From Callorhinchus milii (Eukaryota), in the NCBI RefSeq assembly GCF_018977255.1, contig NW_024704742.1, forward strand, positions 38,752,001-38,816,000: a stretch of DNA of 64,000 nucleotides, in the 5' to 3' direction. Shown here in pieces: positions 51,291 through 62,285 of this stretch; within the stretch, counting starts at the first letter, position 1; each line of letters begins with the position of its first letter. A program made the position numbers and the translations under genes. Under the pieces are notes generated by a model, which saw only the letters and a program-made list of their open reading frames with translations, was not told the DNA's origin and did not search any database.

Positions 51291-53354
51291 AACTTCTGGT
51301 AGCAGTGTGGTGATCAAAGGACTTCTTGCAATGTTCACACCTTCCTCAAGTGATAACCAGATCCTCCCCTCAGAACAATGAGCTGCCCTGGTTTGGTGGC
51401 TTGAGATGTAAACACAAATGATAGAATTTACCTCAGTTTGGATCAATTTGGCAACATATATGTGTAAATTGTCTCATATGTGCTGCATTTACATTTTCTG
51501 CACTTTATAATTCCTAAGACTAGAAGGGCAAAATGCAAAATGCAGTGCCCCAAGACGCTGCGTGGATTCATCCCTAGCAGTATGGACAGGATGATAGCCC
51601 CAAAAGGAAATGATTTGATCCTATGCCCAGTAAACGTGAACAAATACTCATGTTGTGCAGTGGATAACTATATGATGCGTTTATGTTCACTCTACTATAA
51701 TAAGACCCATGGACCAAAGGTCCATGGGTTGAGTCCTTTACATTCAGCTTTGAGATTGCACTTTTAACTACTACACTGGTAATTAATCCCAAAGAAACTC
51801 AATTCTATTTCTTGCCAAAGCCTGGGAGAAAAGCTACTTGCCCAGCTTGAATGCTGTCTAGTGTAACATTGCTTTGAACCTCTATCAGCAACCGCTATGT
51901 ATTCAGGCATCTTTCCATTCAATGCGCACATTTGGAAATTTTGACTGTGTTCAGATAAGCTGTTCCTTATGGCAGTTCTTTTCTCTGCTAAGTGCAGTAA
52001 CGGTTGCAATTAAGGACACATTCATATCCTTCTGGGAAGATGAATGTTCAGCTAAGATGACACGCTACAGTAAATGATGTGAAGATTAACAGAAAATGTA
52101 AGTGTTGTATACTCTTCCAGTCATTGACTTTACACTGAAATAATAAAATACCAGGACAGTGATTCTTTCCTTCAACTCTGCATCATTTATGGGTTTCCTT
52201 TCAGCTACCAGAGTAAATCCACTTGTGTAAACCATTTTACATTTGCCAAGTGCTTGAATCAATTTAAGATCAAAGTATGAAAGAACGCATACCCTGTACG
52301 ATGACATTTGATGAAATCTTCATGAAATATAATATGACAGAAGAGTGATGCCAACCCATCAGCTAGTGAGAACAGGACTTTAAAAATCTCGGTAACTAAA
52401 TATTGGTTGGGCAAATAATACATTATAATCTGAAAAAGCCCTGACATCAGTGTGTTTGTATTTGACATGTATTTTCAGCTAAGATGACACCCTACAAGTA
52501 AACTGCCTTCAAGACAAAAATAGAACAAGAAGGGAGGTTGGAGAAGTAATGAGAAACAGACAGACATAAATTGAATTGAAAAAGCAGGCATAGGTATGAT
52601 ACAAGTAAGCAAGTAATGAGTTATACACAGTATGCAGTAGTTACATGTAAATATATATTGTATATTTTAGGTATGCATTGAAAGCCTTTACAAACTAAAA
52701 GTACACACTGTTTAAATTTCTGTGACATACATGCCTAGAGCTTTTCATCTCATCAAATGTTTCAACATAGACGCGAATGGCATGTCTGTCCAAGGCCCCA
52801 AGGCATTTTTGCCTCCTTTTGCCTGTAGTTTATGGTTTCTCACTGCTTCTCCCTATCGTTCTTCTTTCCTCTCTCTCTTTGACATCTCTGGCAAGGGTCA
52901 GGGTTGTGGTGCATTTCTGGATGTTAGCCGAAGGTGGGGGGATGTGTGGGTGTGGGAGAGAGAGAAATTCTCCTTGGCTATAACACTTTTTTTCTTAGTA
53001 TTTCAGAGTTTACAAATTTTGGGCACTCCTTAAATTCAGTTGCAATTGTACAGTTTTCTGTGGGTTCTTTTATTAGGTGCAGAAAACTCAAATTTGAGCT
53101 GAAGATTGAGTTTAAGTTTCCAAAATCTGAATACTCTGAATTGCTAAGAAAAATTAAAACAACTAAATCTAAACTAAACAACTAAATCCACTTGCCCCAC
53201 CACCCAGGTATTTGGTAGCTGAAAGAAACGTCTCCTGGAAATATATAAGACATTTCACACCCTCCTGTATATTGGAATTCAAATTAATTGGCAATTCTCA
53301 CAGTGACTTTAAAATATAAAGAGAAAGAGAAATTTCACCTGAAGCTTGATACTT

Positions 53355-53525
53355 TATTGATCATTAACTCCATGCTGTTTGTGGGATATTGCTGTGTGAA
53401 AATTGGCTGCCACTTGCACCCACAAAATACACAGTCACATTACTTTACAAAATATCCTGTGAAGCGCTTTGAGACTTCTTGACTACATGATAAGGCACTA
53501 TATCAAATGCAAGGAGTATTATATT
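53355..53525 (+). mobile_element. SINE tail-only fragment
   Basis: CTGTTTGTGGGATATTGCTGTGTG..TATATCAAATGCAAGGA. Confidence 0.85.
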
Positions 53526-54084
53526 GATGTAGCGTTCAAGAGAATCCAGACTTTGGCAAGTTCTCAAATACAGGATTAATTTTGAAGCTATTTTTCCACA
53601 AGTTATGTAGAATAAATTTTGACCCAGTTGGAATTTCTCCCCACATATTAGTAACAGGAGTTGCTATTCAGTAACTGGAAGTGTATCACACCGGTAGAGT
53701 TCCTGCAGGTCAACATTACTGTCAGAACTCACTGTTTGCAACACGGAATCTCTGTGACTCTTGTAATGTGTATTGCGCTGTAGCCCCCTGCATACAAATT
53801 TGCATGTGTGTATTTTACACATTTGATCAGGTGTTATTGCCAGTGTTACAGAAACTCCATATAATAATGTTGCACAATCGACCTAATTAATTCAAACAGA
53901 AATGTGCTGAGAAGTACTACAGTGGAAAGCATATGCTTCAGGATGAAGTACTTATGCTCTTTTACATGCAACCTATATGGTTTGTTGGCCAAGACACTGG
54001 GAGAAATTGAGAGGTTTTTAATAATGACTTCAAGTTCCTCACCCTCACCTAGAAATCACTTGATGCCCCAGCATACACCTATCA

Positions 54085-54215
54085 TTGTATTTACCTATAA
54101 ATGACACAGTCACTACACATCGATTTACCATAGATGTCACAATAAAAACTCCTAAAGCACTTTGAGATGTCTTGACGATGTGATAAGGCACTATATCAAA
54201 TGTAAGAATTATTAC
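54085..54215 (+). mobile_element. SINE tail-only fragment
   Basis: ACACAGTCACTACAC..GCACTATATCAAATGTAAGAATTATT. Confidence 0.75.
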
Positions 54216-54561
54216 TATGTGAGACCAAGCTGGTCTCGACGACTGAGACAGAGATTTTATTTCTCTGATAAATACTTGTTGTAAACTGCTGTAGAGCTTT
54301 CAGTCATAAATGCGGAATTTCTGTTCGATATGAATAAACAATTTGACCACAGATGCTACTGGACACATGGAAGATGATTCAAATTATTTGTGAGAAGAGC
54401 TTCTTGGAGGTGATCATAAAGATATTGACTTGTGTTAATTTAATAACACATCATTACACAAACCCAAATATTAAAAAATTGAACAATGCCAAACAAAACC
54501 TGCAGTAAGTTTGTATTTTAATGTATTGTGCAGTTATATCCCCAAATTTCACAGTCTTCAC

Positions 54562-54664
54562 TGTGTCTTGGGAGCTGTGAGTGGTGTAAGGAAATTCAGA
54601 AGATGAGAATAGTAACTCTCAGTATTTCTTTATTATAGTCAAGTTTGTTCACTGCAAAAAATTG
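54562..54664 (-). pseudogene. Duplicated exon-like copy 1 (in-frame TGA)
   Basis: Gap-free paralogue of 55278-55380; acceptor TTTCTTTTCAG; QFFAVNKLDYNKEILRVTILIF*ISLHHSQLPRH. Confidence 0.35.
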
Positions 54665-54678
54665 CTGAAAAGAAAAAA

Positions 54679-54900
54679 AGAGCAGGGAGTTTCTCCTGGT
54701 CTCCTGGCCAACAATCCCTCCAAATAAAAATTGGTCATTTACTTCATGGCTATTTGTGGGATATTGCTGTGTGCAACTGGCTGCTGCGTTTTGCCCACAA
54801 AATACCTAGTCAATCCACTTTAAATTATATCTTGTACAGCGCTTTGAGATGTCTCAATCAAGTGATAAGACGCTACATCAAATGCAAGGATTATTATTTT
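54679..54900 (+). mobile_element. Deu-SINE 3' half
   Basis: GAGCAGGGAGTTTCTCCTGGTCTCCTGGCCAACAATCCC..ATCAAATGCAAGGATTATT. Confidence 0.88.
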
Positions 54901-55277
54901 TAATAAAATTTCACCTGGGTCTACATTTACTCCATTTATGTGGCACTACAACTACAGTGTTAACAATTTTTCAAATATAATTTTGCAGCTGATGCTATAT
55001 AGTTCTCCAGAAATGGTTCACAAAATATTGCATAGAACCTTTGAGGGATGGATCATTTGTGTATGGAGTGGCAGCCTTTATGTATGTATTGTTGCAGAGT
55101 GAATCCACTTGCTGGCAGAGCCATCTATCTTCATGTGTGGTATAAGGAGGATCAAAATGAGTGAGAAGGATTAGTCCAATTATCAAAGGGAAAATTGAAA
55201 AGAAAAAACACATTCACTGAGCTTGTCATTTCTGCGAACCTCTAAATGTGATGTTAGTTATTTCAATGACTTCTCAC

Positions 55278-55380
55278 TGTGCCTTGGCAGGTGTGAGTGG
55301 TGCAAGGCAGTGCAGAAGGCAGGGACAGTAGCCCTGAGTATTTCTTTGTCATAATCAAGTTTATTTAGAGCAAAAAGAAA
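55278..55380 (-). CDS. Candidate coding exon (103 nt), duplicated copy 2, product unknown
   Basis: Acceptor TTTTTTCTTCTTTCAG, donor ACA|GTGAGA; open frame FLFALNKLDYDKEILRATVPAFCTALHHSHLPRH; third-position-biased divergence from copy 1. Confidence 0.4.
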
Positions 55381-55979
55381 CTGAAAGAAGAAAAAAGGCC
55401 AGCTCTATTTTACAGATCAGGAATACTGGGGAATAAAACGGATCTTCTTTGGAATCAGAGGTGTCTGACCTTACTGACAGATCCCACGGTCTGTGCTCTG
55501 AAATGTGCCGAGGCCTTTTCACCCATTAACATCCTCATATCCCAGTGAATTTGGCGGGATAGCCCTTTAAGTAGGCTGTGTATTAAGTCATAACCTCAGG
55601 GTGCACTTCCCACCCCCAGGCAACTGGGAACCAACCACAAAACACACAATAAAATCATGTTAGAAAAGGGTTGTAAAGCACTCCCCATGTTTTCACTTAT
55701 CTTTGAAGGATTTCACAAACAGTCTTTAGTTTGTCCCTGTAGGTATCTGATAGGAGAGCGTGCTACAAAATGCCAGGCAGCCAAAATGCTTATTAGCAAC
55801 TGTGACAACCGATTAGTCATGTTTGCTTTAGCTCTTCCTGTCCTTCCTGTTCATATTATGTCGTGTGCATCACTACTTTCTGTCAGGTGTGTGATATGTT
55901 TAAAATTGAAGGCAAGACACTGAAATTCTCCTTAATTAATCAATTAAAATTTAAGGGAAATTAAAATTTAGAGGAAGCG

Positions 55980-56070
55980 ATAATAGTAATAATCCTTGCA
56001 TTTGATATAGCACCTCATCACGTTGTTGAGACTTCTAAAAGTGCTTCACAAAATATACTGTAAAGTGAAT
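55980..56070 (-). mobile_element. SINE tail-only fragment
   Basis: AATAATCCTTGCATTTGATATAGCAC..ATATACTGTAAAGTG. Confidence 0.85.
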
Positions 56071-56469
56071 AATTACATCTCAATTATTTTCCTAGAATAA
56101 TGAATGCTGGTTTTAACACTATACCTGTACTAGACCTTTGAATAGATGTGCGCTTTGGAAAGGAATCCTAGAACCATAGAAATCCACAGCACTTGGACCA
56201 TCATGTCTTTGGAAGAGCCATCCATTCAGGACAATTTATTTGTCTCCAATTTAATTTACATTTAAATTTGACTCCAATGAATTCTGATGAGCCATCTGCT
56301 TGGAATTTGATCTGAAGCTGCTTTGCTCCGGGAAATTGCAATTGACAGTGACTGTAGAAAACCCAGCTAGGACTGAATTTTCTCTGATTGACTTTTGTAC
56401 TATATTTGTTATGTGCTTCTTTTTAACAAGAACAGCTTGCTTTCAGGCAGAATGCTTAACAGTGGCGAA

Positions 56470-57440
56470 GAGAAGGGAGGTGACCATAGGCATGTTTGAA
56501 GAGGAAGGTTTTCAGGTATGATCTGAAGACGGACAAAATGGGGCAAAGCAGAGGGATTGAGGTTGAGTCTTGAGGTGTAGTGGCTGAAATCAATGCATTC
56601 CACAGTAGGGAGCCAGTGGAGCATGCCAAGGACTGGGGTGATGGGGCTGCAGAGTTTAGTACAGGTGAGGATATGAATAGTGGGGAATTAATTTGATTTT
56701 ATGAATGGTGTAGCTGGGGAGACCAGCGAGGGGGGCATTGGAAATATTGACGGAGGAAATGAAAAATGCGTGGATATAAATTTGGGATCTATTAGGTAGG
56801 TGTGAGGTATTGTTGCAGATAGGTAGCGTGACGGAGGTGGAGAAAAGCGGTCCTGATTAGGTTCTGGATGTGGGGTAGGAAGGCGAGCTGGGGATCGAAC
56901 CTGACACCTGGGTTGAGCACAGGTTTCGTAAGTCTGAGGGATAGGCTGGGATGGTTAAGAAGATTGGTGCTGCAGCTGAAAGATGTTGACAGAAAAAGTA
57001 GATTTGGATATCATCCACATACAACCACAAAACAACAACAAAATTACATTTGTATAACGCCTTTCACATCAGGAGGATCTCCCAAGGCGCTGAACAATCA
57101 GTGTTTTGGACCCGAGCTGGGGGATCGGGATTGGAGAAGGTGGAGAGGAGGGGGGGAAGGAGGGCGACTAAAGGCACGGTCAAAGAGGAGGTTCCTGAAG
57201 GAGTATACATGCAGCAGTTGACGCAAGATGATATCACTGAGTGAGTAAATGAGAATGAGGAGGGAGACAAGGATGGAGCCTTGGGGTACCCTGCAGCTGA
57301 CCGTGTGGGGGTGGGAGGAAAAATTGTTTGCGGCGATAAAGACGTGTCAGTTGGTCAAATAGGACTTGAACCAGGAGCGTGCAGACCCACTGAGGAAGAT
57401 GAGGGAGAAGAGGAGGTCGAGGAGGATAGCCATGGTCAAC
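56470..57440 (-). mobile_element. Old L2 LINE (RT to C-terminus) interrupted by a younger L2 3' end at ~57020-57200
   Basis: Minus translation SWFKSYLTN..RVPQGSILVSLLILIY (RT GVPQGS motif) at 57205-57440 and PITPVLGMLHWLP at ~56610-56650. Confidence 0.88.
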
Positions 57441-58335
57441 TTTAAGTTTGTTTGTTTTAATATTACTGCTCATCCAACAAACTCTACATCATTTAGGAAC
57501 CAGGAAGGCAATTGACCACTTCCTCATTTTGTAATTTTTTTTTAACTGCTGATCTGACTCTTCAGTGGATGGTTCACCCTTACTGGAAGCCTCTTTGGCT
57601 GAGATACCAGATTCCTGACATCTCCAGTATGGTACGATGGCTTTCCATGAATATTAATTAAATATGCTGTAGTTGCTGGCCTGGTAGCTCTTGCCAAGGA
57701 GTGATGGGTTCATTTCACAGCAGGCTAGAGACTTAACCTAACTTTGGCCTCAGTTGAATATGTTGTATCAGTTATGTAGCAAGATGCTCAGGTGGAGCAC
57801 TTTGTGGAGGAAAAGGATTCCACCCCCCCAGGAGGCTGTCTGCAGGATGTCTCGCTCTCTTTTTGAGACTGCTCCTGGGAGGCTGATCAAATAGCAGTGT
57901 GAATGTCTGTCTTGTCTGGGGATGTCTGCAGTCTGGCACCCTGGCCAGAGAGATTTGTGGGGAGGGTGAGTTGCACTCTGAAGAATCAAATCAGCTGTAA
58001 AAATTAATGACAGAATTAGTCAAACAGCAAGAGGTAAATTGCCTTCCTGAATTGGGACTGAGTCAATCTAAAATCACCGAGGGAGAAAATATACATTTGT
58101 AATTCATCCACTGACTAATGGGTATCGTTTTTCTCCTTCTGTTTATCTTGTGAACCATGTCTGATGCTGGATATTAGTCAGGGGACTACACGGACATAGA
58201 GGCAGTCAGCAATGGTAGACCTCTGATAATATAACTCCCCCCGCCCACACCACACCCCCTCGACTGCAGAAAATTATATTGCACTATGAGGCCACTATAT
58301 AAATGAAAGTTGTTGTTGTGAGAATTCAAAGTTGA

Positions 58336-58560
58336 ACTGCCCAGTGGCACAGCTGGTAATGTTGCTGTCTGAATCAGTATTAAGACATAAGGCCTTGGAA
58401 GTTCCCAGCTTCAAATCTGTGCCGGTCCATGTTGGGTAAGTTGATCTCAGCCGGGACCATCGTTAGAGTATTTCAATTGGCTTCAGGAACCCTGGCTTAG
58501 TGAGTAGAATTGTCAACTAGAATTCCCATTCTTGATCTTACTCCAAGTCTTAACACTCAC
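58336..58560 (+). mobile_element. Old SINE-like repeat (GCTGATCTCA family) with a tRNA-like head
   Basis: TGGCACAGCTGG A-box-like; GCTTCAAATC B-box-like; AAGTTGATCTCAGCCGGG..TTTCAATTGGCTTCAG. Confidence 0.65.
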
Positions 58561-58664
58561 AGGGATATCTTTCATAATATCTGCAGCTCCTTTGTGAGTG
58601 TTCATTCACGTTTCACTATTGGCTTCCACTGCTTTCTCCACCTCTGTTAATTCTTCTGCTAATT

Positions 58665-59170
58665 CCACTTTAGGAAGGATGTCAAGGCATTGGAGAGGGT
58701 GCAAAGGAGATTTACCAGGATGGTACCGGAATGAGGGACTTCAGTTATCAGGAGAGGCTAGAGAAGCTAGCTCTTTGGAGCAGAGCAGGTTAAGAAGAGA
58801 CTTAATAGAAGTTTTCAAAACTATGAGGGGATTCGATAGGGTGAACAAGGAGAAACTATTTCCATGGCAGGTGGTCAGTAACCTGAGGTCAACGATTTAA
58901 AATAGTTGTCAAAAGAAACAGAAGAAGGTGAGGAGAAATTTTTTCACACAGCGAGATGTTCAGATCTGGAATGCATTGCCTGAAAGGGTGTTGGAAGCCG
59001 ATACGATAACAGCTTTTAAGAGGGAAGTAGATAATTATTTGGGGAGGACAAGTTTGCAGGGCTATGGGGAGAGAGCGGGGGAGTGGGATTGAATTGGATA
59101 GCTCTTTTCAAAGAGCCACAGACACTATGGGTCGAATAGCCTCCTTCTATGCTATATAATTCTAAGGTTC
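58665..59170 (+). mobile_element. CR1-type LINE 3' end (best-preserved copy)
   Basis: HFRKDVKALERVQRRFTRMVP and LEQSRLRRDLIEVFKTMRGFDRVNKEKLFP (frameshifted ORF2 C-terminus); 3'UTR GAATAGCCTCCTTCTATGCT. Confidence 0.92.
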
Positions 59171-59189
59171 AGATTAATGACGGTTTAGT

Positions 59190-59345
59190 ACTGTTCACCC
59201 ATACTTGATAGAAACTGGGTTGAAACTGCCCCAAACTCATTTCACATCAGATTCAAACAACCAAGTGACAAAAGAGACATTTATCCCAACAGATTTAAAC
59301 CAACATTCCAAAGAAGAATATGTGCTATTCCAACCTGGAATATCA
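59190..59345 (-). mobile_element. Possible LF-SINE-like relic
   Basis: Reverse complement TGGTTTAAATC..ATGTGAAATGAGTTTGGGGCAGTTTCAACCCAGTTTCTA resembles my recollection of the LF-SINE consensus. Confidence 0.4.
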
Positions 59346-60569
59346 GTTTTGATAAGATTTTAACGCTAGATAAATTTCAACAAAGTGTAGACTTTTACTT
59401 TCTTAACATTTCAAAATAATAACAGCAAATTGCATTCATATAATGCCTTTCATGTTGGAAGGATGTCCCAAGGTGCTGAAATGTGCAGAATTTGTCTAAT
59501 TCCTAAATAAGAAATATTTAAATATTTACATACAGTCTTAATCTTGAGATTTTAGAGGAATTCATAGAAAATAGGCTTCAAAATTAGGACTGAATTTAAG
59601 AATCTGCCAAATTCTGCACCTTTGAAACGCAAAGAAACTAATATAACTCCAAATTCAGGTAGAATTTCTCCCAACATTTTACTGTGTTGTAATACTTTCA
59701 GTACTCTTATATGCTCTTAATAATTGTGCTCATGTATCGGAGTCCAAAGAGAAGTCTTATAGTAGTGACAAATAGTAAAAGTAGCAACAAAGAACTACTG
59801 TTGAGATAAAAGATACAATCTGTTATTTACAAGTCAAGTGTCGATGTAAAAATGGAGTTTGATAACAGCAGCTTATTCAAACAGGAGCACACTGCTGCAG
59901 TGTGCCGTGTCCTCTGCTTTATGGAAAATAGGAAAGCTTGAATACACTGAAACACCTTCAGCGACTCACAAACCATCTTTATAAACCAGCGACAGCCTTG
60001 GAAGGTGACATTTTATTCCCTCCAGGAGATCATCAAGCACACAAAGCATTTTATGGAGAATGTATTAAATCCTTTAAATCCCTTATGTTTAAATCTTATG
60101 TTTACAAACGTCCATAAGTCAGAAAATTCAACAAATGGGACAGAGGTGGTCACAGAGACACTTTAATGACACTTTAAAGCACAACATCTTAAACTATTCC
60201 ATCCCTATCAGAACCTATGAGAATCTTACAAAAGACAGTGACACATGAAGGACAATGACATCAAACCATTGGCCAGCAACTTGTAAATCAAGATCCTCAA
60301 AGCACCAAAAGGGAATTACTGCCCTGTGAAATACTAAAGCTTTTAGATCTGTTTGTCCATGTATTAAGAACTAATCACAGAGATTTATGGCCTGATAACA
60401 GTAGTCCATTTTCTGTGCCAATAGGATACTGGAGCTACTTTAAATCATTGAGGCAGAATTCTTATTTTTTCTTTGTTACTCTTCTCATGCAAGGAAATTG
60501 GAAATATTTAATAACTTTGGATATGTTACAGCGAAGCCTCAAGACAAATATGTATAGGGGCAGATTCAT

Positions 60570-60660
60570 TATAGGGCGGTCAGCTGGGTCCAATATCTCA
60601 GCAGCTGCGCTGTACGTGCGATACACAGGAAGTGTCGGGGACCTCACGTCCCAGAAGTTG
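60570..60660. promoter_or_regulatory. CpG-retaining motif cluster (GC box, CCAAT, two CAGCTG E-boxes, ETS CAGGAAGTG)
   Basis: GGGCGGTCAGCTGGGTCCAATATCTCAGCAGCTGCGCTGTACGTGCGATACACAGGAAGTG in non-repeat DNA. Confidence 0.3.
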
Positions 60661-61432
60661 GCCATTTCAGCTTCCCAGTGCACTGATGAATGGCTGATGG
60701 ATGGGCCACCAGGTCACTTGCTGCACAATGTGCATGGGCAGACATCGCTTTCTGTGTTCTGCACATTCATGCAATGCGCAGAGAGTGTCATTAGTGGTGA
60801 CCTGGTGATCTAGAAGTCAGCTAGTTTTTAGCCATGGAAAGCTGACTATCAGCACAGTCTGCACCAGGGGTACTATGCTTCCTTTTAACATGGGTATAAG
60901 TCACCAGTAGTATACTGGCGGTGGATGGGTAACACGGTTCCCCTGTATTGAGAATTATCTACTTTCAGCTGAATTAGCTGGACATGCTGTGGGATACAAA
61001 AAAGCCCCTGTTTGGAGCGAGCCATTAACTACAATGTGTCAGAAGCGGCAGCCACACTACTGATCTCATCCTTTTCATTCTGTGAGATTCCCACCAGTCT
61101 CGTGGAGGAGATGATGTAACTTGCACTCAGTGGGATTTCGGCTGATCCTTGTCCACTAATGGGCAGTCATGTTACAACCACTACAGGCACCAGAACTGTT
61201 CAATTCAGCCATTAACACGTGTATTCTGTAGATATCAGTCAGAAGGAGACCTGATGTTGATTCTTCAGATGGACAAAGAGCTATTTAGTCCACTGCAGAT
61301 GTAAGCTAGACATCATAGCCGCTGGCTTACGCCATACACAAAAGGGTCTTTCTCACACAGAAAAAATAATGTCTGTGAAAAATAATTCTATTGGAACTGT
61401 CAGCAGCACCATATAATCCTCAACACATCATC

Positions 61433-61982
61433 AAGAAAGAACTTGGCTTTTTATAGCGCTTTACTACATCAAAAAACACTTCACGAATACAGTAGAACCC
61501 TGTTATAATGCGATTCATTATAACACTTGTATTGTGGTTGGGTTATGGAACCTAATATTTACCTACCCCAAAAATCCAAACTTCATATGCCGGCACCATC
61601 AGCAAACATGCTCGCAGTGGCTGGTGGTTTGAAGTGCCGATGAAGCTAACCTCCTTGCTGCATATTACAGTGAGTGGTGAAGAGCTGATCGTGCTCCCAT
61701 TATAGAGTGGGATCTTAGAGTATCATGTTAGAATGGGGTTATGATTTCTTATGGTGTGCAGTGATTGTTTTGTAGCAAATGTAGCAGCTGTTTGCACCAG
61801 CAAGGTCTCATGAACAACCATTAGGTGACTTGTCTATTTACCTTGTTTCCCAGGACATCCTTCCTTCTATTTTAAATCTCATCTACCTGGAAATAGACAA
61901 ATGGCAGCTTCAAATGACGACATGTCTTTGGTTTAGCAAAGTGTGAGTGAGGACTCCCTCGGTACAGCACTATGTGTCGGCC
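61433..61982 (-). mobile_element. Old Deu-type SINE split by a MITE
   Basis: Tail TTTATAGCGCTTT..CACTTCAC (61433-61487) resumes at ~61750 with GCAAATGTAGCAGC..TTTGCAC..CCAGGACA..ACTCCCTCGGTACAGCACT. Confidence 0.55.
61490..61746. mobile_element. Tigger/pogo-like non-autonomous DNA transposon (MITE), decayed
   Basis: TA|CAGTAGAACCCTGTTATAATGCG left end; right end CATGTTAGAATGGGGTT is consistent with a CpG-decayed inverted copy; interrupts a SINE. Confidence 0.55.
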
Positions 61983-62285
61983 TTTTCTCAAATGCGTATG
62001 GCCACCTGCGGATTTTGTATGGCCAAAGCAGCCCCGTGGTGCGGAGGGAAGGAATGTGTGTGCTGGTGTGGAGCACAGTGCAGCACGTGTCGCTCCTTAT
62101 AGTTTAAATGCATGCAGTTCATACTGCTGCGGAGGGAGCGGCTGGACGACAGCTCCCAGGGGGTGCCGTGAGAGAAGAGGGGCAGCCAGTCGGATATGTG
62201 GATGCTCTCCTTCCCTCTCCATCTCTCCCCATGTGCCGGCTGGCTCGAGAAGGGTAGAACTAACGCAGATTACGAAAAGTCCCAT
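61975..62285. promoter_or_regulatory. Small CpG-rich patch, candidate promoter or enhancer
   Basis: About 16 CpGs in ~300 bp by manual count; CACGTG E-box followed by TTATAGTTTAAAT. Confidence 0.35.

Noticed and set aside
58598..58900. ORF containing RLRRDLIEVFKTMRGFD
   Set aside because: Frameshifted CR1 ORF2 remnant, not a host gene
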